A DNA stretch of 64,000 nt from Acidimicrobiia bacterium (GCA_965203555.1 CBDBCY010000004.1:1728001-1792000), one strand, 5' to 3'. Positions 18,716-28,651 are shown, counted from the first letter of the stretch. Notes: generated by a model not told the origin, from the sequence alone. A program made the numbers and translations.

Positions 18716-19689
18716 GCAGTCCCACCGTAGCCCTGGTAGAAGAGTTCACGCCCGCCCAGATTGCCACCCTGCTGAAAGCCCTCCCCGATGGCGCCACGCT
18801 GCTAACAGACGCCCTCGGTTCGGGATTGATAGGCCGGGCCGATTACCTGGTGCTCCGTGAGCAAACCTTGGATGACAACCAGTTGAGTGCCCTCTCCTCG
18901 CTGCGGGGAGTGGTCACCATCGACTCGGGAGGCGCCACCGTCTCATCGGAGATCTGCGACTCCCTGGGAGCGTGGACCGAAGGCGTCGTGTCTCCCGGGC
19001 CGACCAGTGTGGCGGAACACACCGTGATGATGATCCTGGCGCTCTTCAAGCGCTTGCCGACCGCCAACCAACGCTTGATGGACGGGGTGATAGTGGAAGG
19101 CATGGCGCCGTTCGTCACCGACCAGTTGAACTATTCCTACAACTGGGTGGGCCTGGAGCTATTCGAGGCGGTGTTGGGCAAGACAGTGGGGCTGGTCGGG
19201 GTCGGCCAGATCGGACTGGTGGCGGCCAGGCTGCTGGTGGCGTTCGGAGTGGATGTGGTCTATTACAAGCGCAACCGCTTCACCCCCGAGGAGGAACAGG
19301 AGTTGGGCATCCGCTACCTTCCCTTCAACGAACTCCTGGCAGAGTCCCACTGCGTATCGCTCCACAACAAGTTCACACCGGAGACCGAGAAGATGATGGG
19401 CGCCCGCGAGTTCGCCATGATGCCCAGGGGTTCGTTTTTCGTCAACACCGCCCGCGGGCGGTTGGTGGATGAGGATGCCCTGATGGCTGCCCTGCACAGC
19501 GGGCATCTGGCCGGCGCCGCCCTGGATGTCTTCTGGTGGGAGCCCATCCTCCCGGACAGTCCTCTCCGGAATACTCCCAACCTGTTGATGACGCCCCATA
19601 CCGCCGGGACTCCGGCAGGCGATAACGTGGCCCTGGAACTGGGCTCCGCCGGAAGGGTGATCCGCCGGCGGCACGGCTTGGCGAGATGA
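18712..19689 (+). CDS. D-isomer 2-hydroxyacid dehydrogenase
   Basis: GLVGVGQIG, VNTARG, AALDVF..EP, TPHTAG; GTGA overlap. Confidence 0.9.
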   Translation: MSSPTVALVEEFTPAQIATLLKALPDGATLLTDALGSGLIGRADYLVLREQTLDDNQLSALSSLRGVVTIDSGGATVSSEICDSLGAWTEGVVSPGPTSVAEHTVMMILALFKRLPTANQRLMDGVIVEGMAPFVTDQLNYSYNWVGLELFEAVLGKTVGLVGVGQIGLVAARLLVAFGVDVVYYKRNRFTPEEEQELGIRYLPFNELLAESHCVSLHNKFTPETEKMMGAREFAMMPRGSFFVNTARGRLVDEDALMAALHSGHLAGAALDVFWWEPILPDSPLRNTPNLLMTPHTAGTPAGDNVALELGSAGRVIRRRHGLAR

Positions 19690-21068
19690 GCGAACAGACC
19701 TTTGTCGGCATGCAGGTGGGAGGGATCAGCTTCATCGACGAGGGCATCGAGGAAACCCTCGACATCTTCGCGGAACTGGCCGGCGTCAACGCCATCTTCA
19801 TCTCGGCCCTCTCGTGGGCGCGGGGCAACGCCGGACGCTCCGGCAGCGGCGACTATCCCGACCACGGAGGACAGGAACCTGACAACCTGCAGGGCGGCGC
19901 CTTCTTCCCACCCGACCCCAAGTACTACCACGGCACCTCCATCAAGGACTTCACCGCTCCCGACCCCCTGTACGAAGGCTGGGACATCCTGGGAGATGTG
20001 ATCCCCGCGGCCCGTGCCCGGGGCATGGAGGTCTTCCCCTACTACTGCGAGACCGCCCACGTCAACCCCAAGCCGCTCTGGCAGCCGGGATTCGCCCAGG
20101 TGCTGGAGATCGACCCGTGGGGCCGCAAGGCCAGCCGCCCATGCCTGTACAACCCCGACTACCGCAACTGGTGGTTCGGGGTGATCGACAACTGGCTGAA
20201 CGAGTACGACCTGAACGGCATGCTGTGGGGAATAGAGCGCGAGGACCCACTGTCGTCGATGATTGTCAGCGACGAGGTCCCCACCTGCTTTTGCGTCCAC
20301 TGTCGATCGGAGGCCCACCGTCGCAATATCGACGCCGGGCGGGCCGCCGAGGGCTACCGGAGAATCAGCGATTACCTGAAAGCAGTTCGGGGTGGCTACG
20401 AGCCCCGTGACGGCAAGCTGATCACATTCCTCCGACATCTCTTCGACTACCCCGAGGTGTCGCAGTGGCAGAAGCTGTGGTGGGACGGACACAAGGACCT
20501 GTACCGGGAGATCTCCGGGCTGATCCGCTTCTTCGGCGACGACTACCAGGTGGGTTTCGGTATCTGGCAGATGATCAACACTTTTAACCCCCTGCTGCGA
20601 GCCGCCCACGACCCGGCCGAGTACAAGCTGTACGCCGACTGGCTGAAGCCGGTGTTCTACAACGCCCCGGGAGGCGCTCGGTTCGCCAAGTTCGTCACCA
20701 ACCTGTGCCAGACCATCCTGGGAGACGCCAGTCCTGCCGAATGGACCCCGATTCTCTACAAGATTCTCGGCTTGGACGAGGCGCCGTTCGAGGACCTGCC
20801 ACCCGCCGGCTTCAGCCCGCAATACGTGGCTGACTTCACCCGTCGTTACGTCGAGGCATGCGGCCCCGAGGTGGCTGTCTACCCCGGCATCGGACTGGGA
20901 GTGGAAACGGTGGCCCGCGACATCTCTCCGGCCGACTGCGAAGCGATGGTGGAAGCCTCCTTCGAAGGCGGGGCCGAGGGCGTGATGATCTCCCGCAACT
21001 ACTCGGAATTGACTCTTCCCAACCTGGCCGCGGTGGGCAATGCCCTACGCCGCCTCGGAAAACTCTGA
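19686..21068 (+). CDS. uncharacterised TIM-barrel protein (glycoside-hydrolase-like)
   Basis: 460 aa with strong coding bias, operon-coupled; PCLYNPDYR and CFCVHC motifs. Confidence 0.65.
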   Translation: MSEQTFVGMQVGGISFIDEGIEETLDIFAELAGVNAIFISALSWARGNAGRSGSGDYPDHGGQEPDNLQGGAFFPPDPKYYHGTSIKDFTAPDPLYEGWDILGDVIPAARARGMEVFPYYCETAHVNPKPLWQPGFAQVLEIDPWGRKASRPCLYNPDYRNWWFGVIDNWLNEYDLNGMLWGIEREDPLSSMIVSDEVPTCFCVHCRSEAHRRNIDAGRAAEGYRRISDYLKAVRGGYEPRDGKLITFLRHLFDYPEVSQWQKLWWDGHKDLYREISGLIRFFGDDYQVGFGIWQMINTFNPLLRAAHDPAEYKLYADWLKPVFYNAPGGARFAKFVTNLCQTILGDASPAEWTPILYKILGLDEAPFEDLPPAGFSPQYVADFTRRYVEACGPEVAVYPGIGLGVETVARDISPADCEAMVEASFEGGAEGVMISRNYSELTLPNLAAVGNALRRLGKL

Positions 21069-21099
21069 TCCTCTTCTCAACAAGAAAGGAAACCTAACC

Positions 21100-22344
21100 G
21101 TGCGCACAATTCTCAAAGGCGGAGTCGTCGTTAACCTGGACGGCGGACCCTCGGAGCAACAGGACCTGGTCATCGAAGGCGAGCAGATCACCTCGGTGGG
21201 TGCCGCCGAAGCCCGGACGGGAGACAATGTCGTAGATGTTTCCGGCATGCACCTGTTGCCCGGTATGGCGAACTGTCACGTTCACCTGGGGTGGGACGGC
21301 ACCCACGACCTGGAGGACCAGGCCAATGAATCGCCGGCCGTCAATGCCATGAAGGCGGTGATGAACATTCACCGGACCCTGTCGGCCGGGGTTACCACCA
21401 TCCGCGACCTGGGCATGAACAACGCCAACATCGACGCCAAAATCGCTATCGACAACGGCTGGGCACCCTGGATCCGCCTGTTCCCCAACGGGCGGGCCAT
21501 CTGCACCACCGGCGGGCACACCTGGTGGTGCTGCCGCGAAGCGGACGGCATCTATGGAGTGCGGAAGGCGATCCGGGAGCAGTTCAAGGCCGGCGCCGAG
21601 TGGATCAAGATCATGGGATCTCACGAGGAAGTGCAGTTCACCATGGACGAACTGCGGGCCATGTGCGAGGAAGCCCACCAGAACGGGATGAAGGTAACCG
21701 CTCATGCCACTTTCGACGAGGCCATTTCGCGGGTGGTCGACGCCGGAGTGGACTGCGTGGAGCACGGCGGGTCGATGACTCCCGCCACCATCGAGAAGAT
21801 AGTTGACAAGGGCATTCCCATCGTAACGACCTTCTCGCCGCTGGTGCAGCAGGTCAAATTCGGGTTGGACTTCGGGATGACCGTCTCCGACGTCGAGCGG
21901 CGCAAGGACCAGATGGCCGACAAGAGCCGGTTCGCCGGCAACGTGGCCGCCGCCCGGGCGGGCATTCCCATCGTGTTCGGCACCGACGCCGGAAGCCCGG
22001 TCGTTCCCCACTACGCCATTGCGGAGGAACTCAAGTTCATGGTGGAGATCGGAGTCTGCCCCGACAACCTGGACGCGCTCCACTCCATCTGCCGCCGGGG
22101 TATCAAGCTTTTGGGCCTGGAGGACCAATTGGGGAGCCTCGAGGTCGGCAAGACCGCCGACGTGGTGGCCCTGGGAGGCGACCCGCTGGCTTCGCTCGAC
22201 CACATGAAGGACGTGAAGCGGGTGTTCGTGAGAGGCCATATGGCGTTTTCCTCCGAAGGCGGCTACACGCAGACCGGTCGCGACCTGGAAGGCATCGGCA
22301 CCCGCTGGGGTCCGGGCCCCGAAATCGGGTACCGGCGGGCATAG
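21100..22344 (+). CDS. metal-dependent amidohydrolase
   Basis: LLPGMANCHVH, GVTTIRDLG, AHA, EHG, FGTDAG, GKTADVV. Confidence 0.93.
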   Translation: MRTILKGGVVVNLDGGPSEQQDLVIEGEQITSVGAAEARTGDNVVDVSGMHLLPGMANCHVHLGWDGTHDLEDQANESPAVNAMKAVMNIHRTLSAGVTTIRDLGMNNANIDAKIAIDNGWAPWIRLFPNGRAICTTGGHTWWCCREADGIYGVRKAIREQFKAGAEWIKIMGSHEEVQFTMDELRAMCEEAHQNGMKVTAHATFDEAISRVVDAGVDCVEHGGSMTPATIEKIVDKGIPIVTTFSPLVQQVKFGLDFGMTVSDVERRKDQMADKSRFAGNVAAARAGIPIVFGTDAGSPVVPHYAIAEELKFMVEIGVCPDNLDALHSICRRGIKLLGLEDQLGSLEVGKTADVVALGGDPLASLDHMKDVKRVFVRGHMAFSSEGGYTQTGRDLEGIGTRWGPGPEIGYRRA

Positions 22345-22384
22345 GGAACCGTTCGGATAGAAGAGACGATCCCGAGAGCAGTAC

Positions 22385-23800
22385 ATGCTTGATCTGAGAA
22401 TCGTCGGAGCAACGGTGGTGAGCGACGGTCGCTCCCACCCGGCGGATGTCGGGGTGGAGGGAGAGCTCATCACCGAGGTCTCCCCACCCGGAGGCCTGGG
22501 TCCGGCGCGCCGCGAGATCGACGCTTCGGGGTTGCTGGTCATCCCCGGCGCGGTGGACGCCCACTTCCACTGCCGGGCGCCCAGCCACCCCGAGCGCGCC
22601 ACCTTCGCCTCGGAATCGCGCGCCGCGGCTTCGTCGGGAATCACCACCCTGTTCGAGATGCCCATCTCCAATCCGCCCTGCAGCACCCCCGAGGCGTTTG
22701 CCTACCGCAGGGAGTTGGCAGAGGCCGAGAGCCTGGTGGACTTCGCTCTCTACTCGGGCGCGGGCATCACCGATCCGGCTCGGGCGGAGGCGATGGCCGA
22801 ATCAGGGGCGATCGGATTCAAATTGTTCACTCACAATCCCCCGCCCGAACGGGTAAACGAGTTCGAGGGCCTGTGTGCGTCGGCGCCGGGGCACATCTAT
22901 GACTGCCTGCGAACGGTGAGCGCCACCGGCCTGCGGTGCGCGGTCCACTCCGAAAGCCAGCAGATGATGGACCGCTTCCGCGGCGACCTCGATCGCTTCG
23001 GAAATCCGTCCCGACCTCCCCTGGTGGAGGCGGCGGCGGTAGCCCTGGTGGCCACCATTGCCCGGGACCTCGGCATGCCCGCTCATATCGTCCATATCAC
23101 CTCCCGGCTGGCCACCGAAGAGGTGGAGGCGGCTCAATCCCTGGGAGTGGACCTGTCCGGCGAGTCCTGCCCGCACTACCTGCTGTTCGACGAGTCCTAC
23201 ATCTCCCGGTTCGGTAACTTCGTGAAGGTGGGGCCGCCGCTGAGACCGGTCGAGGATGTCGCCTACCTCTGGAAAGCGCTGTCCCAGGGGGCCTTGACGG
23301 TGGTGGCGTCCGACCACGCCCCGTTCACGCCCGAAGAGAAGGCGGCCGCCGACTTCGCCAGTTCCGGACAGGGTATCCCCTCCCTGGAGATGCTGGTCCC
23401 CACCATGGTCTCCGCTGGATTGACCGGACGCTTCCCCCTGGCAAGAGCAGTGGAGGTTATAACCGCCAACCCGGCCAAGCTGTTCGGCATCTACCCCCGG
23501 AAGGGAACGATCTCACCGGGGTCGGATGCCGACATCGTGCTGGTGGATCCCGACGGTGGATTGACCGTCGACTCGGCACGCTTTTTGAGCAGGTCGGGGG
23601 GAAGCGGCAAGGCATACAACGGCATGGAACTGGCCGGCCGGGTGCTGACCACCCTTTCTCGAGGCCGGACCGTGTTCACGGACGGCAAGGTTGTAGGAGA
23701 CTCGGGAGGAAGGTTGGTTTCCCCGGACAGTCCTCCGCTTCACGTCATCCATACCCAGCGGGCGGGCGGCCAAGACCCTGTATCCCTCCCGGTGGGCTGA
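22385..23800 (+). CDS. cyclic amidohydrolase (allantoinase/dihydroorotase family)
   Basis: PGAVDAHFH, GITT..EMP, GFKLF, ESCPHYL, ASDHAP, NPAKLFG. Confidence 0.92.
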   Translation: MLDLRIVGATVVSDGRSHPADVGVEGELITEVSPPGGLGPARREIDASGLLVIPGAVDAHFHCRAPSHPERATFASESRAAASSGITTLFEMPISNPPCSTPEAFAYRRELAEAESLVDFALYSGAGITDPARAEAMAESGAIGFKLFTHNPPPERVNEFEGLCASAPGHIYDCLRTVSATGLRCAVHSESQQMMDRFRGDLDRFGNPSRPPLVEAAAVALVATIARDLGMPAHIVHITSRLATEEVEAAQSLGVDLSGESCPHYLLFDESYISRFGNFVKVGPPLRPVEDVAYLWKALSQGALTVVASDHAPFTPEEKAAADFASSGQGIPSLEMLVPTMVSAGLTGRFPLARAVEVITANPAKLFGIYPRKGTISPGSDADIVLVDPDGGLTVDSARFLSRSGGSGKAYNGMELAGRVLTTLSRGRTVFTDGKVVGDSGGRLVSPDSPPLHVIHTQRAGGQDPVSLPVG

Positions 23801-23816
23801 CATCCGGTAACCCGTC

Positions 23817-24125
23817 TCATCTGATCAAAAGGAGGATGAGAAAAGCCAGTAGGGCGCCACCTGACAGGCCAAGGGCAACTCCCTCAAGCAGACTGCACCT
23901 AAATTCGGCCGATTCGGCGCGTATTCTCCGAATCTCTTCGCGAATCCGATCCTGCAAATCGCGGTCCAGGCCTTTTATCTCAAGACGCACGCCATCGATC
24001 TCGCGTCTTACTTCGCCAATCCTCCTATCCATGGCAAGGCGCTCACCGACACACCGGCACTCTGGATCGGTAGTGACCCGTCTCCAGTCCTGATCATGGG
24101 CCTTTCCGACGGCTTGACGACTCAC
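23817..24125 (-). CDS. short coiled-coil protein with C-terminal TM anchor
   Basis: heptad-like R/E/I pattern then a hydrophobic tail; ATGA-coupled to the upstream gene. Confidence 0.6.
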   Translation of the reverse strand: MSRQAVGKAHDQDWRRVTTDPECRCVGERLAMDRRIGEVRREIDGVRLEIKGLDRDLQDRIREEIRRIRAESAEFRCSLLEGVALGLSGGALLAFLILLLIR

Positions 24126-24649
24126 CGTAGCAACGCTATCAAAGTCATCAGTACGGTGATGAACGAGATTCCCAGGGCCATCCAGTTGCCCAGGCTCTTC
24201 TTCATGCCCGCCATCTCAGCTCTCAGGCCTCCATCCACCTCAACAATCCGATCCACCAACTCTGCCCTCATACCCGCCATCTCAACTCTCAGACCTCCAT
24301 CCACCTCAACAATCCGATCCACCAACTCTGCCCTCATACCCGCCATCTCAACTCTCAGACCTCCATCCACCTCAACAATCCGATCCACCAACTCCTCCTT
24401 CACACCCGCCATCTCAACTCTCAGACCTCCATCCACCTCAACAATCCGATCCACCAACTCCTCCTTCACACCCGCCGTGTCAGATCGCATTCTCTGGACC
24501 TCAAACCGTATCTCGACAATCTGGTCTATCAGGTTTTCAATCCCTAGCTGATCTTTGATAGACCTCGTTGGATCTGCTTCAAGTGCTTCCGACTTGGCCT
24601 CTGGACCGCCAACGGCAATCCCCGGCCCGCTAAGTTCTATTTCAGCCAT
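24122..24649 (-). CDS. membrane-anchored coiled-coil repeat protein (DUF1640-like)
   Basis: four 22-aa repeats and a C-terminal TM helix; GAAGGAGG RBS before ATG 24649. Confidence 0.75.
   Translation of the reverse strand: MAEIELSGPGIAVGGPEAKSEALEADPTRSIKDQLGIENLIDQIVEIRFEVQRMRSDTAGVKEELVDRIVEVDGGLRVEMAGVKEELVDRIVEVDGGLRVEMAGMRAELVDRIVEVDGGLRVEMAGMRAELVDRIVEVDGGLRAEMAGMKKSLGNWMALGISFITVLMTLIALLR
24207..24476. repeat. 66-bp intragenic tandem repeat, 4 copies
   Basis: units start at 24207, 24273, 24339, 24405 (partial at 24471); each encodes AG(VKE/MRA)ELVDRIVEVDGGLR(V/A)EM on the minus strand. Confidence 0.95.
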
Positions 24650-24847
24650 GGTGCTCCCTCCTTCTGGTACTCGCATAGCTCCCCTTCGTGGCCTTCTACT
24701 ATACCAGAACTGCCTTTCGTTAAGCACCTGTATATATGGTTATATAGTATCAAATCCCCGATTGAGGAGAGTGTCGCCGGGATGACTGCCTTGATCTCCG
24801 GCCAGGACGGCCACCCGCCAAGCATGGCGACCCGGATGAAGGACACA

Positions 24848-25870
24848 CTACGGACTCAAGGCACCTTTCCGCCAGGCGGCGATGTAGTTCATGCAGAATT
24901 CGTCCCGGCCCAGCAGGACGTCCTCGGCCATCCGATAGGGCTCTGAATCCCGGTCGGCGGCGAGAACATCGGAGAGCGGATTCATCACCGGATCGATGAT
25001 GCCGCTGTCGGCGCCGGCCTCGACCGTCAAGTTGATAAAAGCGGCGTTCATCAACTTGCGGGCCGGGATCCCGAAGGAGACGTTGCTCATACCGCCAGTG
25101 ATGTTCATCTCGGCGCCGAAGCGGCCGCGGAGGGTTCGAATGGCGTCGAGAGTGTGCAAGCCGAAGCTGCTGTCCACCGATATGGGAAACACCAAGGGAT
25201 CAACAAAAATGTCGCCGAGATCCACCCCGGCAGCCAGGGCCGCCTCAACCATGCGGGAGGCGTTGGCGACCCGTTCGGCGGCATCGGAGGGCATGCCTTC
25301 CCCTCCGGCCGCGGTGACGATCACCCGCGCTCCGTATTCCACGGCCAGTTGCACTGCTTCGGTGCGTTCCAAGGACGCCGAGTTGAGCAGCGGCCGGCTA
25401 TCCCCTCCGACGGCGGCGGCGAGACCGGTCTCGATGACCGATATGTCGGAAGAGTCCACCGAAATGGGAAGTAGGGTCAACGACCGCACGTAACCCACCA
25501 GCCAGGCCATCGCCCGGCGCTGCTCGGCGGTCTTGAGCGAGATCTCATCGACATTGACGTCCAGGTAGTGGGCCCCGGCGCGTTCCTGGTCGAGGACCAC
25601 CCGGCGCAGGTACTCGTAACCGGTGTCGGCGTCCGCCCCTCCGGCCATCGCCGCCTCGACCGCCAGGGCTATGTGCTTTATTCGACCCTCCCTGTAGGCC
25701 TGGCTGGCGCGCATCGACTCCGAGATCGGCAGTAACCCCGGTTCGCCGTCCTCCGAAACGAATGTGACTCCGTCCACCCCGTCCCGGGTGTCGAACCGTT
25801 TTCCCTTCCGAAGGACGATCCGGGTGGTGTGGACGTTCTCACCGATGAGGGTGAAACGTTCTGCGGTCAT
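24848..25870 (-). CDS. pterin-binding methyltransferase (methyl-H4folate:corrinoid, AcsE/MetH pterin domain)
   Basis: LIGENV, YLDVNVD, SVDSSD, LLNSAS, FVDPLVFP, GGMSNVSFGIP.R. Confidence 0.88.
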   Translation of the reverse strand: MTAERFTLIGENVHTTRIVLRKGKRFDTRDGVDGVTFVSEDGEPGLLPISESMRASQAYREGRIKHIALAVEAAMAGGADADTGYEYLRRVVLDQERAGAHYLDVNVDEISLKTAEQRRAMAWLVGYVRSLTLLPISVDSSDISVIETGLAAAVGGDSRPLLNSASLERTEAVQLAVEYGARVIVTAAGGEGMPSDAAERVANASRMVEAALAAGVDLGDIFVDPLVFPISVDSSFGLHTLDAIRTLRGRFGAEMNITGGMSNVSFGIPARKLMNAAFINLTVEAGADSGIIDPVMNPLSDVLAADRDSEPYRMAEDVLLGRDEFCMNYIAAWRKGALSP

Positions 25871-27546
25871 GCGCCCACCAGCTGGGCCTTCGATTCCACC
25901 CCGGCAAAGGTAGCGGGCATCGGCTTGAATTGACAACCCTCCACGAAGATGTCGAAGAAGTCCGGGGTGGTCTCCAATTCGATGTGGGTCACCGACTTGG
26001 TCAACTCCTCCGCCCAGCCCCGCTTTCTTTCGGACAACAACAGAGAACGGGCGCCCTCCACCGCCGCATTGCCCGCCTTCACCACCCGCTCCTCCGGCAC
26101 CGGCGCGATCAGACCGATGTCGATCGCGTTCCCCACATCGAGATAGGTGGCGAATCCCCCTGCCAGATAGAGTCGTTCGATGTCGGCCGGTTGCACCCCG
26201 GCGTTTCTCATCACGATGAACTGCCCGCAGTAGTTGGCGGCTTTGGCCTGGGCAAGGTTGCTGGCATCTTCTCGCGAGAAGGTGATGCCGCGCTCGGGCA
26301 CCACTTCGATGGCGAACCGCTTGCGATCGCGGGTAAAGGCGCTTCGTTCGGTCATAAGACCTCGGCGGCGGAGTTCCGCCAGGATGTCCACCAGGCCCGA
26401 GCCGCAGATCCCCACCGCAGGTTCTCCCCCGATGGTCTCATACGAGACGGCCGTACCGTCCGCCGATAGGCGGATCGACTCGATGGCGCCGTCGTAGGCG
26501 CGCATCCCGTAGGTGACCAGGCCGCCCTCGAAGGCCGGACCGGCCGGGCAGGAAGCGGCCCACATGCGGCCGTTGTGGCTGACAATCACCTCGGTGTTGG
26601 TTCCCATGTCCACCAGCATCTCCGTCCGTCCCCCCTCTCCCAGTTGGACCGTCTCCAGGCACGCCACCGCGTCGGCGCCCACATGGCTGGCCACCAACGG
26701 TATCCCGTACACCTTGGCCCGGCGGTTGGCCCGCAACCCCAGGGTTCTGCTGTCCGCCAAGAGCGCCGTATGGGGCCGCTGTCCGGCCAGGTATTCGTGC
26801 TCTGTCAGGGACTTGTAGGGCATTTCCCCGATGCTCTGCACGCTGAGACCGAACAGGATGTCGCGCATGGTGGAGTTGCCCGCCACCACGATCTCATATA
26901 CTGTCGGAGGACGTCGACCCGCCCTTCGGCACAGATCCCGGGTGGCCTGGTTGATGGCCGCCACCACCGCCTTGCGCAACTCGTTCGCCACTTCGGTACG
27001 GGCCTCGTAGGAGATCCGGTGCATCACGTCGCTTCCACCAAACTGCTGAGGGTTTTCGAAGCTCGCCACCCCCAGAGTCATGCCCGTTTCCAGGTCCACC
27101 AACTCCACCACCACCGTGGTGGTGCCCAGATCGATCGCCAAGCCGCAAATGGACCGCCGGTACCGGTCCACAACCGTATCCCCGTACCTGACCTTGTCTC
27201 CCGCTCGGGTCACGGCCGGACGGAACTCGGTGGGTCTCCCATGGTCGTAGCGGCTGCTCTCTACGATCCTCGGCCGCCTCCGAAGCGGGGAAAACCTGAT
27301 GGACGGGCCGTCTCGCATCACCTGCGCCTGGCATGCCAAGCGATAATTGCCCCGAAGGTACTGCTCGTTTTCGGTCCTCTCCACCAGTGCTTCCATCCCC
27401 TGGGTGATCTCCACCACGCATTCGTGGCACTCGCCGTTGCGCAGGCACGAGGTGGCTACCTCGACTTCGAGTTCGTCGGCGTAGTCGAAGATGGTCTTGC
27501 CCGCCACCTGGGGGCGGGCTCTGTCATCGTGGGAAACGGTGCTCAC
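25867..27546 (-). CDS. ASKHA-family reductive activator of corrinoid proteins (RACo, DUF4445) with N-terminal [2Fe-2S] domain
   Basis: SCLRNGECHEC..RLACQ, AIDLGTTT, NPQ..GGSDVMHRI, DMGTNTE, AGPAFEG, GICGSG, LAGGF. Confidence 0.92.
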   Translation of the reverse strand: MSTVSHDDRARPQVAGKTIFDYADELEVEVATSCLRNGECHECVVEITQGMEALVERTENEQYLRGNYRLACQAQVMRDGPSIRFSPLRRRPRIVESSRYDHGRPTEFRPAVTRAGDKVRYGDTVVDRYRRSICGLAIDLGTTTVVVELVDLETGMTLGVASFENPQQFGGSDVMHRISYEARTEVANELRKAVVAAINQATRDLCRRAGRRPPTVYEIVVAGNSTMRDILFGLSVQSIGEMPYKSLTEHEYLAGQRPHTALLADSRTLGLRANRRAKVYGIPLVASHVGADAVACLETVQLGEGGRTEMLVDMGTNTEVIVSHNGRMWAASCPAGPAFEGGLVTYGMRAYDGAIESIRLSADGTAVSYETIGGEPAVGICGSGLVDILAELRRRGLMTERSAFTRDRKRFAIEVVPERGITFSREDASNLAQAKAANYCGQFIVMRNAGVQPADIERLYLAGGFATYLDVGNAIDIGLIAPVPEERVVKAGNAAVEGARSLLLSERKRGWAEELTKSVTHIELETTPDFFDIFVEGCQFKPMPATFAGVESKAQLVGA

Positions 27547-27884
27547 CGGTCGTCGGTCTCCCCGCGCCGGCCTCTCCGCCTCTGTTCGGCGTCTCGCCTG
27601 ATCCGCACGATCCTCTCCCGGGTCCGCTTCACGGCGCGCGGGTTCGACTCCCAGGCGGTCCGATAGTCGAAGACGCCGTCATGACCGCAGGCCAGATCAT
27701 CCGGATCACCATCGGTCACCGGGAGTTGGTTACGGCAACGGAACAACGCCGTGCACAGGTCGAAACGGTTGCGGTAGGGGCAGCGGGTGAGCGACTGCTC
27801 CTCGGCGTGAACAACGATGTCGGAGAAAATGGCGGCCATCCGGTCGAGTCGCTCCTGGAAGGCCTGCATCTCCGATTCGGACAT
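27543..27884 (-). CDS. small Cys-rich hypothetical protein
   Basis: 113 aa inside the operon, GTGA overlap with RACo; CPYRNRFDLCTALFRC...C. Confidence 0.75.
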   Translation of the reverse strand: MSESEMQAFQERLDRMAAIFSDIVVHAEEQSLTRCPYRNRFDLCTALFRCRNQLPVTDGDPDDLACGHDGVFDYRTAWESNPRAVKRTRERIVRIRRDAEQRRRGRRGETDDR

Positions 27885-27894
27885 CGTCCCCTGC

Positions 27895-28644
27895 TCAGTA
27901 GACCTCTACGGCAAGTTTCTTGGCCAACTCCACACAGGCAAGGGCGTCCTTGCCGTAACCGTCGGCGCCCACATCCATGCCGAACTCGGGAGTCACCGGA
28001 GCTCCTCCCACCATGAAACGCACCCCGTCCCGCAATCCGATGTCCTTGAACGCCTCCACCGTCTTGGCCATGTTGGGCATGGTGGTGGTGAGCAGAGCGG
28101 ACATGCCGACTATGAAAGCCTGGTTCTCCTGCACCGCGGCGATGAACTCGTCGGGTTTGGTGTTGACGCCGAGGTCTATGACCGTGAAACCTCCGCCTCG
28201 CAGAAGCATGATGCACAGGTTCTTTCCTATGTCGTGCAGATCCCCCTGAACGGTGCCCATGATCACCGTGCCGATCGGCTCCACCCCCGAGGCGGCCAGG
28301 ATCGGCTCGATGTGCGCCATTCCGGCTTTCATCGCCCGGGCGGAGATGAGCACTTCCGGAACGAAGACGTAACCCTCACGGAATTTGATTCCGACGATCC
28401 CCATACCGGCGATCAACCCGTCGTCCATGATCTCCAGAGCGCCCACCCCGTCGTCCAGGGCCTGCCTGGTGAGTTGGTCCACGGTGACCATGTCACCATC
28501 GATGAGGGCTGCGGCAATGTCCTGCATGAGCGGCGAGGCGCGGCTGAAGACTGCGATGGTCCTCTCGATCTCTTCGGGTACCTCGAGAAACTCCTCGATC
28601 TCCTCGCGGATGAACTCGTTGGCAATGTCAGATAGTCGGTGCAT
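27895..28644 (-). CDS. corrinoid (B12-binding) protein, MtaC/MttC-like
   Basis: cap domain GLIAGM..VG..F....FVPEV; DLHDIGKN (DxHxxG), SALLTTT, VGGAP. Confidence 0.95.
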   Translation of the reverse strand: MHRLSDIANEFIREEIEEFLEVPEEIERTIAVFSRASPLMQDIAAALIDGDMVTVDQLTRQALDDGVGALEIMDDGLIAGMGIVGIKFREGYVFVPEVLISARAMKAGMAHIEPILAASGVEPIGTVIMGTVQGDLHDIGKNLCIMLLRGGGFTVIDLGVNTKPDEFIAAVQENQAFIVGMSALLTTTMPNMAKTVEAFKDIGLRDGVRFMVGGAPVTPEFGMDVGADGYGKDALACVELAKKLAVEVY

Positions 28645-28651
28645 CAGCAAA

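Noticed and set aside
24207-24476. 66-bp repeats as a CRISPR array
   Set aside because: Units are contiguous with no unique spacers, keep the reading frame inside a CDS, and no cas genes are present.
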